64,000 bases of DNA, taken from assembly GCA_964016885.1 (NCBI GenBank), contig OZ024742.1, positions 235,786,001-235,850,000 on the forward strand, in the 5' to 3' direction. This document shows positions 50,036 to 62,492 of the stretch, in pieces. Within the stretch, counting starts at the first letter, position 1, and each line of letters begins with the position of its first letter. The stretch comes from Eledone cirrhosa. Its lineage: Eukaryota. Made by a program: the position numbers and the translations under genes. The notes beneath the pieces are model-generated. The model searched no databases. It was not told the DNA's origin and saw nothing but the letters and a program-made list of their open reading frames with translations.

Positions 50036-50335
50036 CTTCCTCTATATCTCTTTCTCATTCCCTCTCTCTCACTTTCTATCTTTCTCTGGAAGAAATCTAT
50101 TGTACTCAGGCCTGGAGAGGGATGGGCTCCGCCAGGCCTAAACAAGAAAGGCCGTGTGTCAGTACGGTGCCACTGCGACTCTATCAGGAGTTACTGGACC
50201 ATTCACACCTATACAATTATTGATGTTTACATTACGGCAATATTCGTGTAGTAAATGTTTGTAATTTGGGCATTACAATACAATACAATTATAGTAACTA
50301 AGAAGTCAATAGATAGATTAACAATTCTGATTACA

Positions 50336-50455
50336 TCAATTTACATGAGAAATCACATCTATGTTTAGTGACCTGAGGTCGTTGAGCAGGTGACCCTGCT
50401 TCGAAGATGACCCCAGGCCACCTGCATTTATACTGCCTATTCTGAGTACGGCCAT
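50336..50455 (-). pseudogene. ORF2 stub: N-terminus of apurinic-like (APE) endonuclease
   Basis: Manual translation MAVLRIGSINAGGLGSSSKQGHLLNDLRSLNIDVISHVN* matches the L1 endonuclease start (hxSxNxxGL...K...L...DV). It breaks off just before the expected QET motif. Confidence 0.75.
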
Positions 50456-50487
50456 GTTGGATGAGAAACGGGGCAAGTGAGAAAGAG

Positions 50488-52170
50488 TCACTGACCTTGA
50501 TCGTGTGGTGAAGGGACAGTAGAACCGTCCCTTTGGCTGGTCATGGGTGTTTCCAAGAGGATGTCAGTGTATATCCTCTTGGTAACCGACCCTGTGAATT
50601 CTCCAACTGCGTTGGGGAATTTTTGTTTTAAAGGTTTGTACTGTTCTATTTTGATATCAATGATGCTTGTTTGTCGGGAGAGTTCTTGGTGTTGGTGGGG
50701 TGGAGTAGTTTTTTTCTGTGATGTCTGTGTGCTGCTTTATATATTGTATGAGTTATTTTTTTGCCATGCTTATGGCTGTGTACTTTTGGGGGGGGGGGGG
50801 GGTGATTTTGTTGCTGTTTTCTTCTTATTGCTGTTTGGTGTGTGTGTTTTGTTTTGTTTGCATTGTTGGTGTTTTTGGTGATGTGGTGGTGGTGTGGTTG
50901 TTGTTGGCAGTGGTGCTTGTGGTGGTGATGGTGATGGTGGTGGTGTTGCTGCAAGTGTCCTTGCTGCCTTTACCCTTCTTTGTGTGCCTTCGCTTTTGGA
51001 GGGTGAATCTAAGGTTTTTTTTCTTTTTTGTTTTATGTGGCAGACTGTTTGCCACTTCACTCCCGCCTCAAACTCCATGTCGGATTCCGTGGCGTCTGGG
51101 AGGGATATGTGCTCCACGGCTGTTGGTGGTGGTAGTGGAGCCCTCTACGGCACTTTTGTTGCTGGTGTAGCTACTACAAATGTAGCTATTGGTGTTGCCG
51201 CCACTGATGCTGCTGCTTTAGTTGTCCGTGACCTTGGTACGGGTACCACGGACGTTGCCCTCCTACTCACCGTGGAAGGGGCTTCTGCGTTTGTTGCCAG
51301 CCCTGCTCTTGGTAGCAGCGGACCAGGTATTGGAAGGAGAGGGGCCTTCTTCTTCGCTGTCTTCTGCGGGCAAAAGGCCCTGAGGTGACCCTTCGACCCA
51401 CAGAGATAACATTTTGGCCGTCTTCCTTCTACGCTTATAGGGAGTTGGAGTCCTTCCTCGATGTCTATGATATCGGGGATAGCGTCGATACATTCCTGGT
51501 TAGTTTGTATAAGCATTTGCATGCCTATACCTGACCAGTTCTCTCTCCCTATTTTCTCTACTTGCAGCATGGTCGTCCTGTCCTCGATTCCAGCAAGGAC
51601 AGACGTGGGTCACTTTGACCCTCACAATTTTCTGCCCGCAGTAGGAGGGCACCAAAACCATTTCCTCACTCTTTAGGGTTTCCAAAGAGTGAGACTTTGC
51701 TTCCTGGGGGGTGGCGAAAAGTATGTCTACTGTGGCGTACTTTCTGCCTCGGGTGATGTGGTTTTTGCGTGCCCAGACGCACCCCAAGGCCTTTTGGATT
51801 TGAGCCTCCGTGGCTCTCTCCACTCGATGTGAGATTTTGCTTACGGTGCGGTAAGTCACCGTCCGTAGCTGCTGGTGCTTGAAAAAATCGGGTGGAGGTT
51901 TCAGGGAGACTCTATTGGCGCTTCTTGTCACCATGGCTCTTGCGACTGCCATCTCCTCCTCTGTGACTAACACTGTCTCGATATTTCGGGCGACACCTGC
52001 AAAAGAAGTAGTCCCTTTTTCAGCAGCACCACTATTGCAGCCGCTACTGGTCTTACTGGTGGTGCTGAGATCGCTGTTACAGGTATCGATGTCATTGTTG
52101 ATGTTTTCGTTGGTACAGTTGTTGGTGTTGTTGTTGTTGTTTTCGTTGATACTGTTGTTGTTGTTACTGT
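50488..52170 (-). pseudogene. Disrupted ORF1 (gag-like nucleic-acid-binding protein) of L1/Tx1-like element
   Basis: ORFs 51500-51973, 51145-51570 and 50770-51117 chain via a frameshift and an in-frame stop. Contains ISVEGRRPK-CYLCGSKGHLRAFC (CX2CX4HX4C), an N-terminal SFAGVA motif and a WQTV..KQKRKK basic motif. Confidence 0.8.
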
Positions 52171-52556
52171 TATTGTGATATTATATATTATATTATTAAA
52201 ACAAAAAATAATGAAAGTTAAAACAATATATGGCAAGGGGTGACAAGACTTTCGGACCACCCTGTAGCTTTTTTGTTTTTTTTTGTTTTTTGCCTCTTGT
52301 TTGTAATATAAGCTACGCTGTGAAAACGTAAACAAACGTAAATACATTTTGCTACATTCATCGTGCTCAGGAAATTATAGATTGCTTTTAGTTGTTTCAT
52401 AGCTTGTTGTTGTTCGTCACAGATTGTTATAATAATTGATCCCGTAGAAACGGGAAAAAAAGATTAAATAACTGAAAAATAGATACAATCAAATTTACAT
52501 TTCATTTCAGTTCACGTGATCCAGCTTTAGAATTAGGATATTAAAAAAAGGAAGTT

Positions 52557-52600
52557 GGGTTCGTATGGGATTTGAAGCCAGGACCTCCTACACCTTAAGG
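52557..52600 (-). pseudogene. Partial tRNA-Pro pseudogene (3' half), part of a ~78-bp tandem duplication
   Basis: GGGTTCGTATGGGATTTGAAGCCAGGACCTC is repeated at 52557 and 52635 with shared flank; homologous to 53193 onward. Confidence 0.7.
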
Positions 52601-52634
52601 GAATAAGAATTTAGAATATTAAAAAAAGGAAGTT

Positions 52635-52733
52635 GGGTTCGTATGGGATTTGAAGCCAGGACCTCTCACACCCTAACTGTAAATCATTGTTTCTACTTTT
52701 AGGCACAAAATCATAACCCTAGATCAACGAATC
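52635..52733 (-). pseudogene. tRNA-Pro(AGG) pseudogene interrupted by ~30-bp insertion
   Basis: Aligns to 53193-53264 with many substitutions; insert ~52677-52706. Confidence 0.75.
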
Positions 52734-53192
52734 AATTAATTAGGGGCTTCAAAATATATTATAAATAGTAAACGTATTATTTTAATTTACAAGACATGAC
52801 ATTTCTAGTATAGTTTGTGCAAGAAACCTGTCTACTTTTATCATAAACATATTTTCCTACAAAGAAGGAAAAACTACAACTTTCAAATTTCATGTTAAAA
52901 CATTGTTAGTGAAAAGAATGAAGCTTAAATTCGCAGAGTAATTAAGTGGTGGGGGTATGATTAAATAAATGAAAAGTACACATATTTAAATGTATCTTTT
53001 ATTCGAGTTATGGCGGACCAGTGGAAATTTTATTCTCGGAAGAGACGTATAAAGCCATTATCGTTATTGAAAATCTTAAATCCTCATAATAATTACAGTG
53101 GGGAAAAGATTACAGAAGTGAAAAATATAGATATTTATAAGCCATCGCAGTGCGACAAAAATAGTTTTAACATAAGAAAAAAATAAAAGGTA

Positions 53193-53264
53193 GGGCTCGT
53201 CCGGGATTTGAACCCGGGACCTCTCGCACCCTAAGCGAAAATCATACCCCTAGACCAACGAGCC
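53193..53264 (-). tRNA. tRNA-Pro-AGG: tRNA-Pro(AGG)
   Basis: Reverse complement GGCTCGTTGGTCTAGGGGTATGATTTTCGCTTAGGGTGCGAGAGGTCCCGGGTTCAAATCCCGGACGAGCCC. U-G wobble at the top of the anticodon stem; T-runs follow. Confidence 0.95.
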
Positions 53265-53644
53265 AACTGATATAAAAGTTCAAATTATATTACAAGTAGC
53301 AAACGTATTATTTTAACTCACAACTATATCACAATACTTTTAGTAATAGGCGACGTTATATGTTTTAAAACAAAGTGTGATGTTGTGGAGTTAATCCTGA
53401 TTATTGAGTAATTATTGAGTAAATAATGATTTATAAATAGTTTTATATAATTGAAACGCGGACTTTGGATTTAAAAGTGAACTGAGTGACGTAGAAAATA
53501 CCGACATCTCGAAACATAATACAATAAACGAAAGATAAAAAACAAACAAAAAAAGTGTTTCCAACATAGCAGTCAGTCGCAATCTGTTACAACTAACATT
53601 AAAACTATAATTACTAGTATATATTCAACTCAATTCACATGGTT

Positions 53645-53716
53645 GGCTCGTTGGTCTAGGGGTATGATTCTCGCTTTGGGTGCGAGAGGTCCCGGGTTCA
53701 AATCCCGGACGAGCCC
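53645..53716 (+). tRNA. tRNA-Pro-TGG: tRNA-Pro(TGG)
   Basis: Canonical 72-nt tRNA-Pro, followed by a long T-run (Pol III terminator) at ~53726. Confidence 0.97.
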
Positions 53717-53981
53717 ATGCCTTAATTTTTTTTTTCTATTTTAACTCGATATTTAATACTAATCAAGAACATTAATATGTCGTGTGTCGTGTGTATTTTC
53801 ATATATATAATTTATTTAAATAACTCTACATTTATATTGCTTTTCCTATCTCAGCCGTGTTGCTACAATAAAAAGTTTATTTTGTAAATAGTTATTTCTC
53901 CGAAGCTACTCATACGTTTAGTACTGTCATATGTTAATTCTGTATGTCTTAAGTTATATCTTAGAAATAAATGCAGTATTT

Positions 53982-54041
53982 GTCTCGTTGTTCCTGAATT
54001 GATTCTCGCTTTGGTTGCTAGAAGTTCAGGGGTCGAACTTC
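53982..54041 (+). pseudogene. Highly decayed tRNA-Pro(TGG) copy
   Basis: GTCTCGTTG...TGATTCTCGCTTTGGTTGCTAGAAGTTCAGGGGTCGAAC aligns to 53645 onward. Confidence 0.6.
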
Positions 54042-54431
54042 ATTGATTATTTTTTATTTATTTTACGTGTCGATATTATGTATAATTTCATTTTTTGTAT
54101 AATATTTTTATAATGAGAAATATTTCCATTTTGTCTATAACTAGTTATTGCTTATGATAGTGAAATAGAAAATCTGTATAATTCGTTCCTATTTCATCAT
54201 AACCATAGTTTTACACACAGAAGGAAAAACTACTACTTTATAAGTCAATGTTAATCATTTATCTATATTGAATAAACTAAACCTTAAATCTCGAGAGTAT
54301 TCAGGGAATAAGAATTTTAGACAAATTAACAATATATATATTTAAATATATCTTTTATGTGTACCTGTGGAAGAGAATTTAAAAATCAGAAAAACTTATA
54401 TTACAAACATGAGCATAAAATTAAAAAAAAT

Positions 54432-54501
54432 AGTCTCGTGGGGGATTTGAAGTCGCACTCTCGCACCCTAAGCGAAAATCATACCCTTAGACCAACAAAC
54501 C
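54432..54501 (-). pseudogene. tRNA-Pro(AGG) pseudogene
   Basis: CTCTCGCACCCTAAGCGAAAATCATACCC identical to the 53193-53264 gene; T arm and acceptor stem disrupted. Confidence 0.8.
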
Positions 54502-54572
54502 ATGTCATTGGAAACAAATTATCTAACATCAGTTTCTTTGCTATATGTGTAGGATATTATGTAATTTGTGAA

Positions 54573-54687
54573 GGCGCGTGGCTGAGTGGTTAGAGAATCG
54601 GATTCGTAATCGTGAGGTTGTGAGTTCGATTCCCGGACCGGGCGATGCGTTATAACCTAGGCAAGACACTTTATTTCACGTTGCTCC
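54573..54687 (+). mobile_element. SINE family 2, 5' part (a second diverged piece follows at ~54806-55080)
   Basis: GGCGCGTGGCTGAGTGG, GAGTTCGATTCCCGG, GGCAAGACACTTTATTTCACGTTGCTCC shared with the 48553 copy. Confidence 0.75.
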
Positions 54688-55284
54688 TTCTACCTGGATT
54701 TACGACCGATAGATAGTATTAGCAATTTGAAAGACCAATGGAAACAATGTTTCCTAGGTCCAATATGACGAAAGTCGATCGACTGTCGATATATAATTTG
54801 TGAATGTCGTGAGTTCGCTTCCCGGCGGCACGTTGCATATTTGAGTAAGATAAATTATTTCACATTGCTTCAGTCCGATCAACTTGCAAAGATGAGTTGA
54901 ACCTGTGATTCAAAGGGAAAGCCTTGTCAAACACTGTACCACGCTGAATCTCCATGAAATTTACGTTATGACTACACATGTCTATAAAATGCTCACCTAC
55001 TCGCCAGCGAATTCCACAGGCAGCCTATTCCGTTGATAAAACATTTGGAAAACTCGTCGTCGATAGCGACGATTGTCCAACATACCTACGTACAATTCAA
55101 TCTAATTCATTTATATAATAAACAGACTTGACTGGCTTTAACACCTTCACCTTTGTTTCTTTTTGGCTTCATGATTATTTATTTATTATTATTTTCCCCT
55201 CCGTTGAGTTATTAGAATGAGGAAAAATATTCTTTTACGTTCTTTGCAATGAAGGCAGGGACCGCTAATTGTATATATATTTAT

Positions 55285-55322
<38 letters not shown>

Positions 55323-55329
55323 GTATAAT

Positions 55330-55360
<31 letters not shown>

Positions 55361-56139
55361 CATATATCCTTTACTTTGTATAATCATTTTACGTCTCTCG
55401 TGCTGATAGCTTGCTATGTGTCAGTTGATGTAAAATGTTTAGACTAACATGGGCTGATTCCTGATTGTGTTAACGCAGGACTGACACGTGTGCTAACGAA
55501 TTTCTCGCATAGCTTAAAAGCAAGACGTTTAAAATTGTTGTCCCTGATCACATGTCATTTTACGACCGGTAAATTTTTATAATTGATCTCCGTAATGAGC
55601 TGGAATTATTTAGTTACCCAAATGAATCGGAAATATCCGAAAAATGTTTCAAGTAAAATAGAAAACAGTAAACGAACGATTAATGGAAAAACATAACTTG
55701 GTGGAACTGAGGAAGAAAAAGCGTGAAATTGAAGGATTGGGTTAACAAAACAAGTGAGAGGTGTAGGTGAGAGAGAAAGAGAGGGAGAGAGTGGGGTTGA
55801 GAAGGAAGGAGGAGGCGGGAAAGAGAGAGAGAGAGTGAGGGAAAGGGGACTGTGTAAAAGGAGGAGGCAAGACAAATACCAAATAGTTGGTTAACTTCTT
55901 TTTATTTGAAATAAGATTGATTTCATTTAGTCGATCTCATTAACAACACCAGTATCTTAACAACTATTCCTTTAACCCTTTGATATCAAAATATCAAACC
56001 GCCTTAAATTGCCTCTGGTTCTATGATATGTAAGAACCTTTGTTAAACTATGCTTCAAATACCAGCTAAATAGCGAGAAATTTAGTTTTTTTATTTTAAT
56101 TTCGCTAAATTTTTCATTATTTTCAAGATCATTTGGACA

Positions 56140-56340
56140 TCATAAGTAGTGTATTACATTAGAAATATGTATATCATAACTAGTGTCTTTCATTACAAAT
56201 ATGGTAACGACATCATAACTAGTGGTAACGACATCATAAGTAGTCTTTCATTACAAATAAGGTAACAACATCATAACTAGTGGTAACAACATCATAACTA
56301 GTATCTTTCATTACAAATATGGTAATGACATCATAACTAG
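56140..56340. repeat. Minisatellite of alternating ~39/21-bp units with core CATCATAACTAGT
   Basis: CATCATAA(C/G)TAG recurs about 7 times, with TCTTTCATTACAAATATGGTAAC spacers. Confidence 0.85.
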
Positions 56341-56765
56341 CGTTTCGGCGCTCCAGGGGGTCGTTTTGGAGTTTCTTTTTTTGGGGGGGCTCATTACTTT
56401 GGTAAGATTTATAAGCCATATTTGTACGTCTCTGAGACAGCCAGTGTGAATGCATTTGAATGAGCATGCAGACAGCATAACTATGGTCTGACCGTAGCTG
56501 CGAGCAGGTGTGCAAGCGTGTCTAGACATTAACTGGCAATTGAGATCCTAAAAATAGAAAAACCCACAGTCAACTGGGTCAAGGACACTTTGAGCGCAGC
56601 CAGTTAGAATCTTGTTTCTCCTTCACCGATAACAATATATTTCATGTCTGAAATTATTGACTCAACCGTAACGAGTTAACACTATGTAGATCTATTTTAT
56701 TCCCTATTGTATAAATAATATTACAAATAAAAAAGAAAAGAGAAGAAAAAACACAGAAGCGGGTA

Positions 56766-56997
56766 GCACACACATCTAGGACCACATACAACACATAAGC
56801 AGGTAATACACACATCTAGGACCACATACAACACATAAGCAGGTAATACACACATCTAGGACCACATACAACACACAAGCAGGTAATACATACATCTAGG
56901 ACCCCATGCAACACATAAGCAGGCAGCACACTCATCTGGAACAACATACAACACACAGGCAGGTAATGCATACATCTAGGACCACATACAACACACA
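56766..56997. repeat. 40-bp minisatellite, ~6 copies (CACACATCTAGGACCACATACAACACATAAGCAGGTAATA)
   Basis: CATCTAGG at 56773, 56813, 56853, 56893 and 56973. Confidence 0.92.
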
Positions 56998-57002
56998 TTG
57001 TA

Positions 57003-57366
57003 TCATGTGCTACGGACAGAGGAAGAGCAATGGTCGACGAACATAAGGGTTTCGTCACTCTTCTGAAGAGAGAAAATCCATCTGTATTTGCTGTTCATTG
57101 TGTCATTCATTGACAACACTTTTTGGATGCAAGAGGAAATTCAGCGTCGATTTCCACTCCTACATACAGAGGCTAAGAGATTTGCTCTGCCTTTTCCAAG
57201 TTCATACTTAGTCGAGAGGAGGTTTGGTGCTGTTTCCAGATTGCACAGTAAGGCTCGCAACCGCTACAATGTAATTACACGTGGAGATCTCCGGCTACAT
57301 CTTACGAAAATCTAGCTTGACGTCAAAAGGTTAGCTAGACTCCATGAAGCTCAAGGGTCCCATTGA
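57003..57366 (+). pseudogene. hAT (Buster/Charlie-type) transposase remnant, internally deleted
   Basis: 57003-57120 reads SCATDRGRAM...GFVTLLKRENP...HCVIH*QH (catalytic Asp region and CxxH). It is fused to FW...FPLL...LPFPSSYLVERRFGAV...KARNR...RGDLRLHLTKI*...HEAQGSH (C-terminal dimerisation domain). Confidence 0.85.
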
Positions 57367-57998
57367 AATGAGGTCAAAGTTAAAGTAAGTCGATTTATTT
57401 GTAGTTGCAGTCTGACTGGACTGGAAGCCATCTACCACAATTCGCTTACTCATTTGTTGTATGTATTTTACCATTCACTAATAAATATATCCTCTTACGA
57501 GGTCATGAAAACCCTCTTCCGTGGTCTCTAAGCTCACAAAGCGGAGGGGACATCAAGTTAGATATCAACATTTATTCTGTCCGTTTCCTTAAAGGGAAAA
57601 TTGGAAAGCTTTGAAATGACATAATTGCCACTTTCTCCAGATAAGAGCACTTTTTGGATAGAGTTGCTCTTATATAAATGTTCAAAATAGCTGGTATCAC
57701 CTGGTGGGAATATAACAAATTAAACTGGTCCTTATTCATAAAAAAGAACACTTATGTTCCTTTTTTTAAAATTTATATACTTCCTTTCAAGGAATGTATT
57801 TATACGTTCAACTGCCTGCAATGGTATCTTTGGAATATTGTTAATCAATTTTTTAGTAATCTACTGATATCAAAATCAATAGTATATTTAAAAAAAGGAA
57901 ACATGGGGTGGGGGTGGGGGGGGGGGGGGGGGGGGGGGCGTGATTTCGAGGGGCAAAAGTTTGGCCTAAATGGATTGAGAATCTGTGATTTAGGTGAA

Positions 57999-58245
57999 GG
58001 CAGGTAAACTAGTGGTTAGGGTGTTGGGCTAACGATCATAATGTTATGAGTTTAATTCCTGGACTGTGTGAAACTTGGTTTTCCCGTTGCCCCATTTCAC
58101 TCACTTGAAAATGAGTACCAGCGTCAGCTGGAGGTCACCCCTGCAATAAACAGTGAGGTAGGAGATTTTAATGCCCATAAAACTGAGATAATCTCTATGA
58201 TTCGTCCAACCCATACAAGTACCGAAAAAAATGAACATAAAACTA
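57999..58245 (+). mobile_element. Diverged SINE family 2 copy
   Basis: CTAGTGGTTAGGGTGTTGG...GAAAATGAGTACCAGC...ACCCTGC as in the 48553 copy. Tail CGTCCAACCCAT resembles the 63028 element. Confidence 0.65.
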
Positions 58246-58791
58246 TTACTCTTAACTCAGCTGAGCACACAGTCTGAGTCTTTAGAAGACGTGGCTGTTG
58301 TAATGGCTGTCATGTGGTTACACGGAAGAAAAATGGATTTAAATAGTACCAGTAAATTATGGTGCTCAATCAGTTGACTATAAACCTTCTTTAATAAAAC
58401 TGACTTTCTGACATGTCAGATGAAATCAAATAAAGTACAACACCGGCACCTCTTTTAATCCAGACATAATATGAGCGGACACTTGGATTTCCTGCGACAC
58501 ACTTGGGAAAATTACTAGCTGCCGACAGGCAGCACGGTGTGTCATTTTCAATCATCTAAACATCTAGGTATCGCTGGTTGTTGCAGGTCTGGTTAACTGG
58601 GGGAAATCTTTATTTATATTTATCCTTTCCAAATACAGTGTTAGTGTCAAAACATTTGCGTCTTTATATCATTGTTATTAAGATAGAAGATAAGAGTTAT
58701 AATGTGTTTTTAAGGTATAAACAAAGGTGTGTTAAGGTTTGATAATGGAAAAATTATCAATACCTTGAAAACAGTCTCCTAAGAATTTATC

Positions 58792-58976
58792 TTGGCAGTT
58801 TCGGTAGAAAGTCGGACGTCATGCTTTGCAGCATAGAGTTACGGCCCTTTACGGTCTGAGTTCAAATCCCGGCGAGGTTAACTTTGCCTTTCATCCTTAC
58901 AGGGTGGATAAAATAAAGTACCAGTAATACACTGGGATAATTGCTGACCTTGTACCAAAAAGCAGAAACAATTATT
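58792..58976 (+). mobile_element. tRNA-derived SINE family 1
   Basis: Homologous to the 47033 and 48155 copies. Confidence 0.85.
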
Positions 58977-59858
58977 GTTATGTGACCTGTGTTAAACGGA
59001 TAAATCGACACAGTTCTGGAAAGTGGGTGTTGCACATGTAAATGTTCTCATTTGCTTCCCATCTCCTTTATATATATGCATATTCCTTCTCCCTGGTTTT
59101 ACAAATCTGACATAAAGGACGTACTGCAAAGGGCACACTATAGCGAATCTTTAAAACAGTAACATATTTCATAGCCCAAGTGGGGAGATATGTAGTTTTG
59201 ATAAAAGCTAAAGAGCGAGAAACAATGTGTTGTCGATTACTTCCCCCTGCCTTTGCTGGGGTTAGGTGTGTGACGTTGGATACAACCTCAAAAATTCATA
59301 GCAAAATGCATTCAAATGTTTTTTTATATTATATTTTTTTATATTTTTATATGTATAACGCTATGTTGGATCACCAATACAATTTTTTTAATTTAAACCT
59401 GGCCAGCTTCCGCTCCATATGCAAATGAGCTTTGCCAGCTCATCTATATATATAAAACTGAGGTTGTCTGTCTGTCTGTCTACAAAAACAGTCGGCACAC
59501 ATCTCCTCCTAAACCGTACGTTCAAATTTCGGTGAAATTGCTACACTTATAGATGAAGGTCCGGCGGGGACATCGGTCAAAAAAATTTTCCAATCGACCC
59601 ACGCCATGTGCAAAAATCGAATTTGTAATGTATTGATTTTTCAGTTCAAATGTATAAATAGAGATGAGAGACGAGTTATTTCCCTTTTATGGCGTCATTT
59701 GTTTATCTATTTACGTTACAAATAAACGTGCAAAGGTACAAAAATACGCGAACAGTTTTCGGGCCAGAAAAATTTTAACCTGCAAAATTCATGAGTTCGA
59801 AGTTTCAACATTAAGCTTCCATTTTGCTTAATTTCCATTAAAAAGGTCTTTTAAAACA

Positions 59859-59933
59859 ATATTTCAGCGCATCAGCCTCGCCATCACCCGAGGCAACGCT
59901 GCGAGTGTGCTGGCTTGCCTCAAAAATCATTAG
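59859..59933 (+). pseudogene. C-terminal fragment of RLE-type (CRE-like) non-LTR retrotransposon ORF, followed by a 3' UTR to ~60185
   Basis: Manual translation IFQRISLAITRGNAASVLACLKNH* resembles the FQRxSxAxQRGNAASVL C-terminal motif of CRE-clade elements. Confidence 0.65.
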
Positions 59934-60185
59934 AGAGGTTTCCCAGTACTCGCGACGTTGCTGACTTTTGCTCTGGTGTTGGCTCCGTTGTTCACCCCTT
60001 CCTTTACATATTCTTTAATATTGTAGCATTGAAGGAATATATCTTTCATTGTATCATCCTTTGTAATGTTATTTATGTATATATTTAAAACATATTTGTT
60101 ATGTTATTCTACTGTAAATTTATGCTCTGTTTATATTTTCATTCTCACTACCCTAAAAAATCTATGAAACTACATCCATGTTGCA

Positions 60186-60600
<415 letters not shown>

Positions 60601-60981
60601 AAAGGGAGAGGGGGTTGAGAAAAAAAGAAAGTTTAAGCAAAGAATCGCTGCTTTCAACATTAACGGTATCTTCTTAAACTAATAAATTCAATCTGTGAAC
60701 GCAGAATTAAATATTTCGAGAAACGTTGCAACCGAAGGAAAACAGGAAGACGATATTTTGGTTCGTGAAGACGTTCCCTGGTAATGAACGAAAAAAAAGC
60801 GAGGATAATACGTCGTTATGTGGATCGAGAAGAACAATTTCATGCAAAAACAAGACCAAGTTTATAGTATAAATGGAGTCGTTAGACTAATATTCTATTT
60901 AAAATAACAGAATGATTTCCAGCCCCGGAGTTTAAGAATGATGTAAATAAAATTGTAAACGAAAATGACAGAGGTTATTAA

Positions 60982-61097
60982 AATAGTTGTTTCTACTTTT
61001 GGCACAAGGCCAGCAATTACCCAGTACATTACTGGTACTTTATTTTATCGATCCCGTAATGATGAAAGGCAAAGTTAACCTCGTCAGGATTTTAACT
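60982..61097 (-). mobile_element. SINE family 1, 3' part
   Basis: Reverse complement of the family 1 body and tail (TTGTTTCTACTTTTGGCACAAGGCCAGCAATTACCCAGT...). Confidence 0.85.
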
Positions 61098-61831
61098 GCC
61101 TTTAAATAGTAAAAGTAAATAGTGAAGATTTAGGCCAGTACATACGTATGCACCGACGGACATACACATACATATACATACGCATACACATATACACACA
61201 CACACGCGTGCGCGCGCGCGCACGTGTGTGTGTGTGTAAACCCTTATGCATTTCTACAGTATTTTCACCAAACTTAAGACATAGGTTACTTATGTACTCT
61301 GGATGGTCATGGGCACTTTCATTTTTGCAGATATTGATTATAGGGCCTCCCGGCAGATAACCCCCTTTAACCACTTCCTTGGAGTCGACTGAAGCACTGC
61401 AGTGCAATGCAACAAAACGTCATAACTTCTGGAGTTCGCAACCGATTTTCACAAAAATTGACACATGGGCTACGTTTGTTCTACAGATGAATAATAACTC
61501 TCAGAATTGGCATATATTGAGTAGGGGACCCCTGGGGGCAGTAACCCCCTTTTGGAAAAAGCCGATGATTTTGTAAAAGTATAGTTTTCGAAGCAGCAAT
61601 GAAGTTTTGACATAAATGGTATATATAACTGCTATTTAATACCCGAGCAACGCCGGGTACCTCTGCTAGTATTCATATAAACATTTTTATAAGATTCTAG
61701 CTTATGTTAACCTCAGCGGAAGTGGGGAATATGCTGAAGTTACCTATGTGACGTTGGTTACAAACCTAAAAATTCATAACAAAAGGTTGTCAAATGTTTT
61801 TCATAAACAACCCGCATATTATTCAATATAC

Positions 61832-61945
<114 letters not shown>

Positions 61946-62287
61946 TATAATTACATAATATCCAACACAATTTAATTATTCCATTACCGAAGGTTTTGAG
62001 AAACTAGATGATTCTTACAGAAATGTCTAGCTCGTTCGCCAGACAAAGTAATTATGTAACTCTGTACAATACATAGAGCACTCTTCTTTCCTTTACTTTT
62101 TCTACGGAAATACTTAACACACACACATACACACACACATATATATATATATATATGCAAAAGTTCTATTTAAAATTGTTGGGATACAACAAGTAAATAT
62201 TTTTATAACTGATATAAAGCACTCGACAAGTATTTGGAGTAGATATACGATATTAATAAATGGAAACTATATTTATAAAACCATATT

Positions 62288-62352
62288 TATTTCATTATAC
62301 ATATTTCAGGGATACCAAATTAAATTATGGTATGCCTTCATCAGACAAAATA
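62288..62352 (-). ncRNA. Minimal type I hammerhead ribozyme (left arm)
   Basis: Exact reverse complement of 62493-62557. Confidence 0.75.
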
Positions 62353-62492
62353 CAATATATAACAGTTTTACAAATAAGCTTTGACGTACCCTATTAAAAT
62401 GCAACCATTGTTTTTGGAATAATGACTTCCAAAACAATTGTTGCATTTTAATAGGGTACGTCAAAGCTTATTTGTAAAACTGTTATATATTG

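Larger units (their letters stand above)
50090..52430 (-). mobile_element. Internally deleted L1-clade (Tx1-like) non-LTR retrotransposon
   Basis: 5' UTR (boundary approximate), disrupted ORF1 with zinc knuckle, ORF2 stub, AT-rich 3' UTR with terminal stem-loop AGGCCTGG...CCAGGCCT, ending at a GA/TC-rich tract. Confidence 0.75.

Noticed and set aside
54573-54645. tRNA gene in SINE heads (also at 48553)
   Set aside because: A and B boxes are present but there is no closed cloverleaf, and the sequence continues into a shared SINE body.
60640-60960. Possible Rep/helicase fragment inside the Helitron
   Set aside because: No recognisable motif by eye, and stops interrupt the frames examined.
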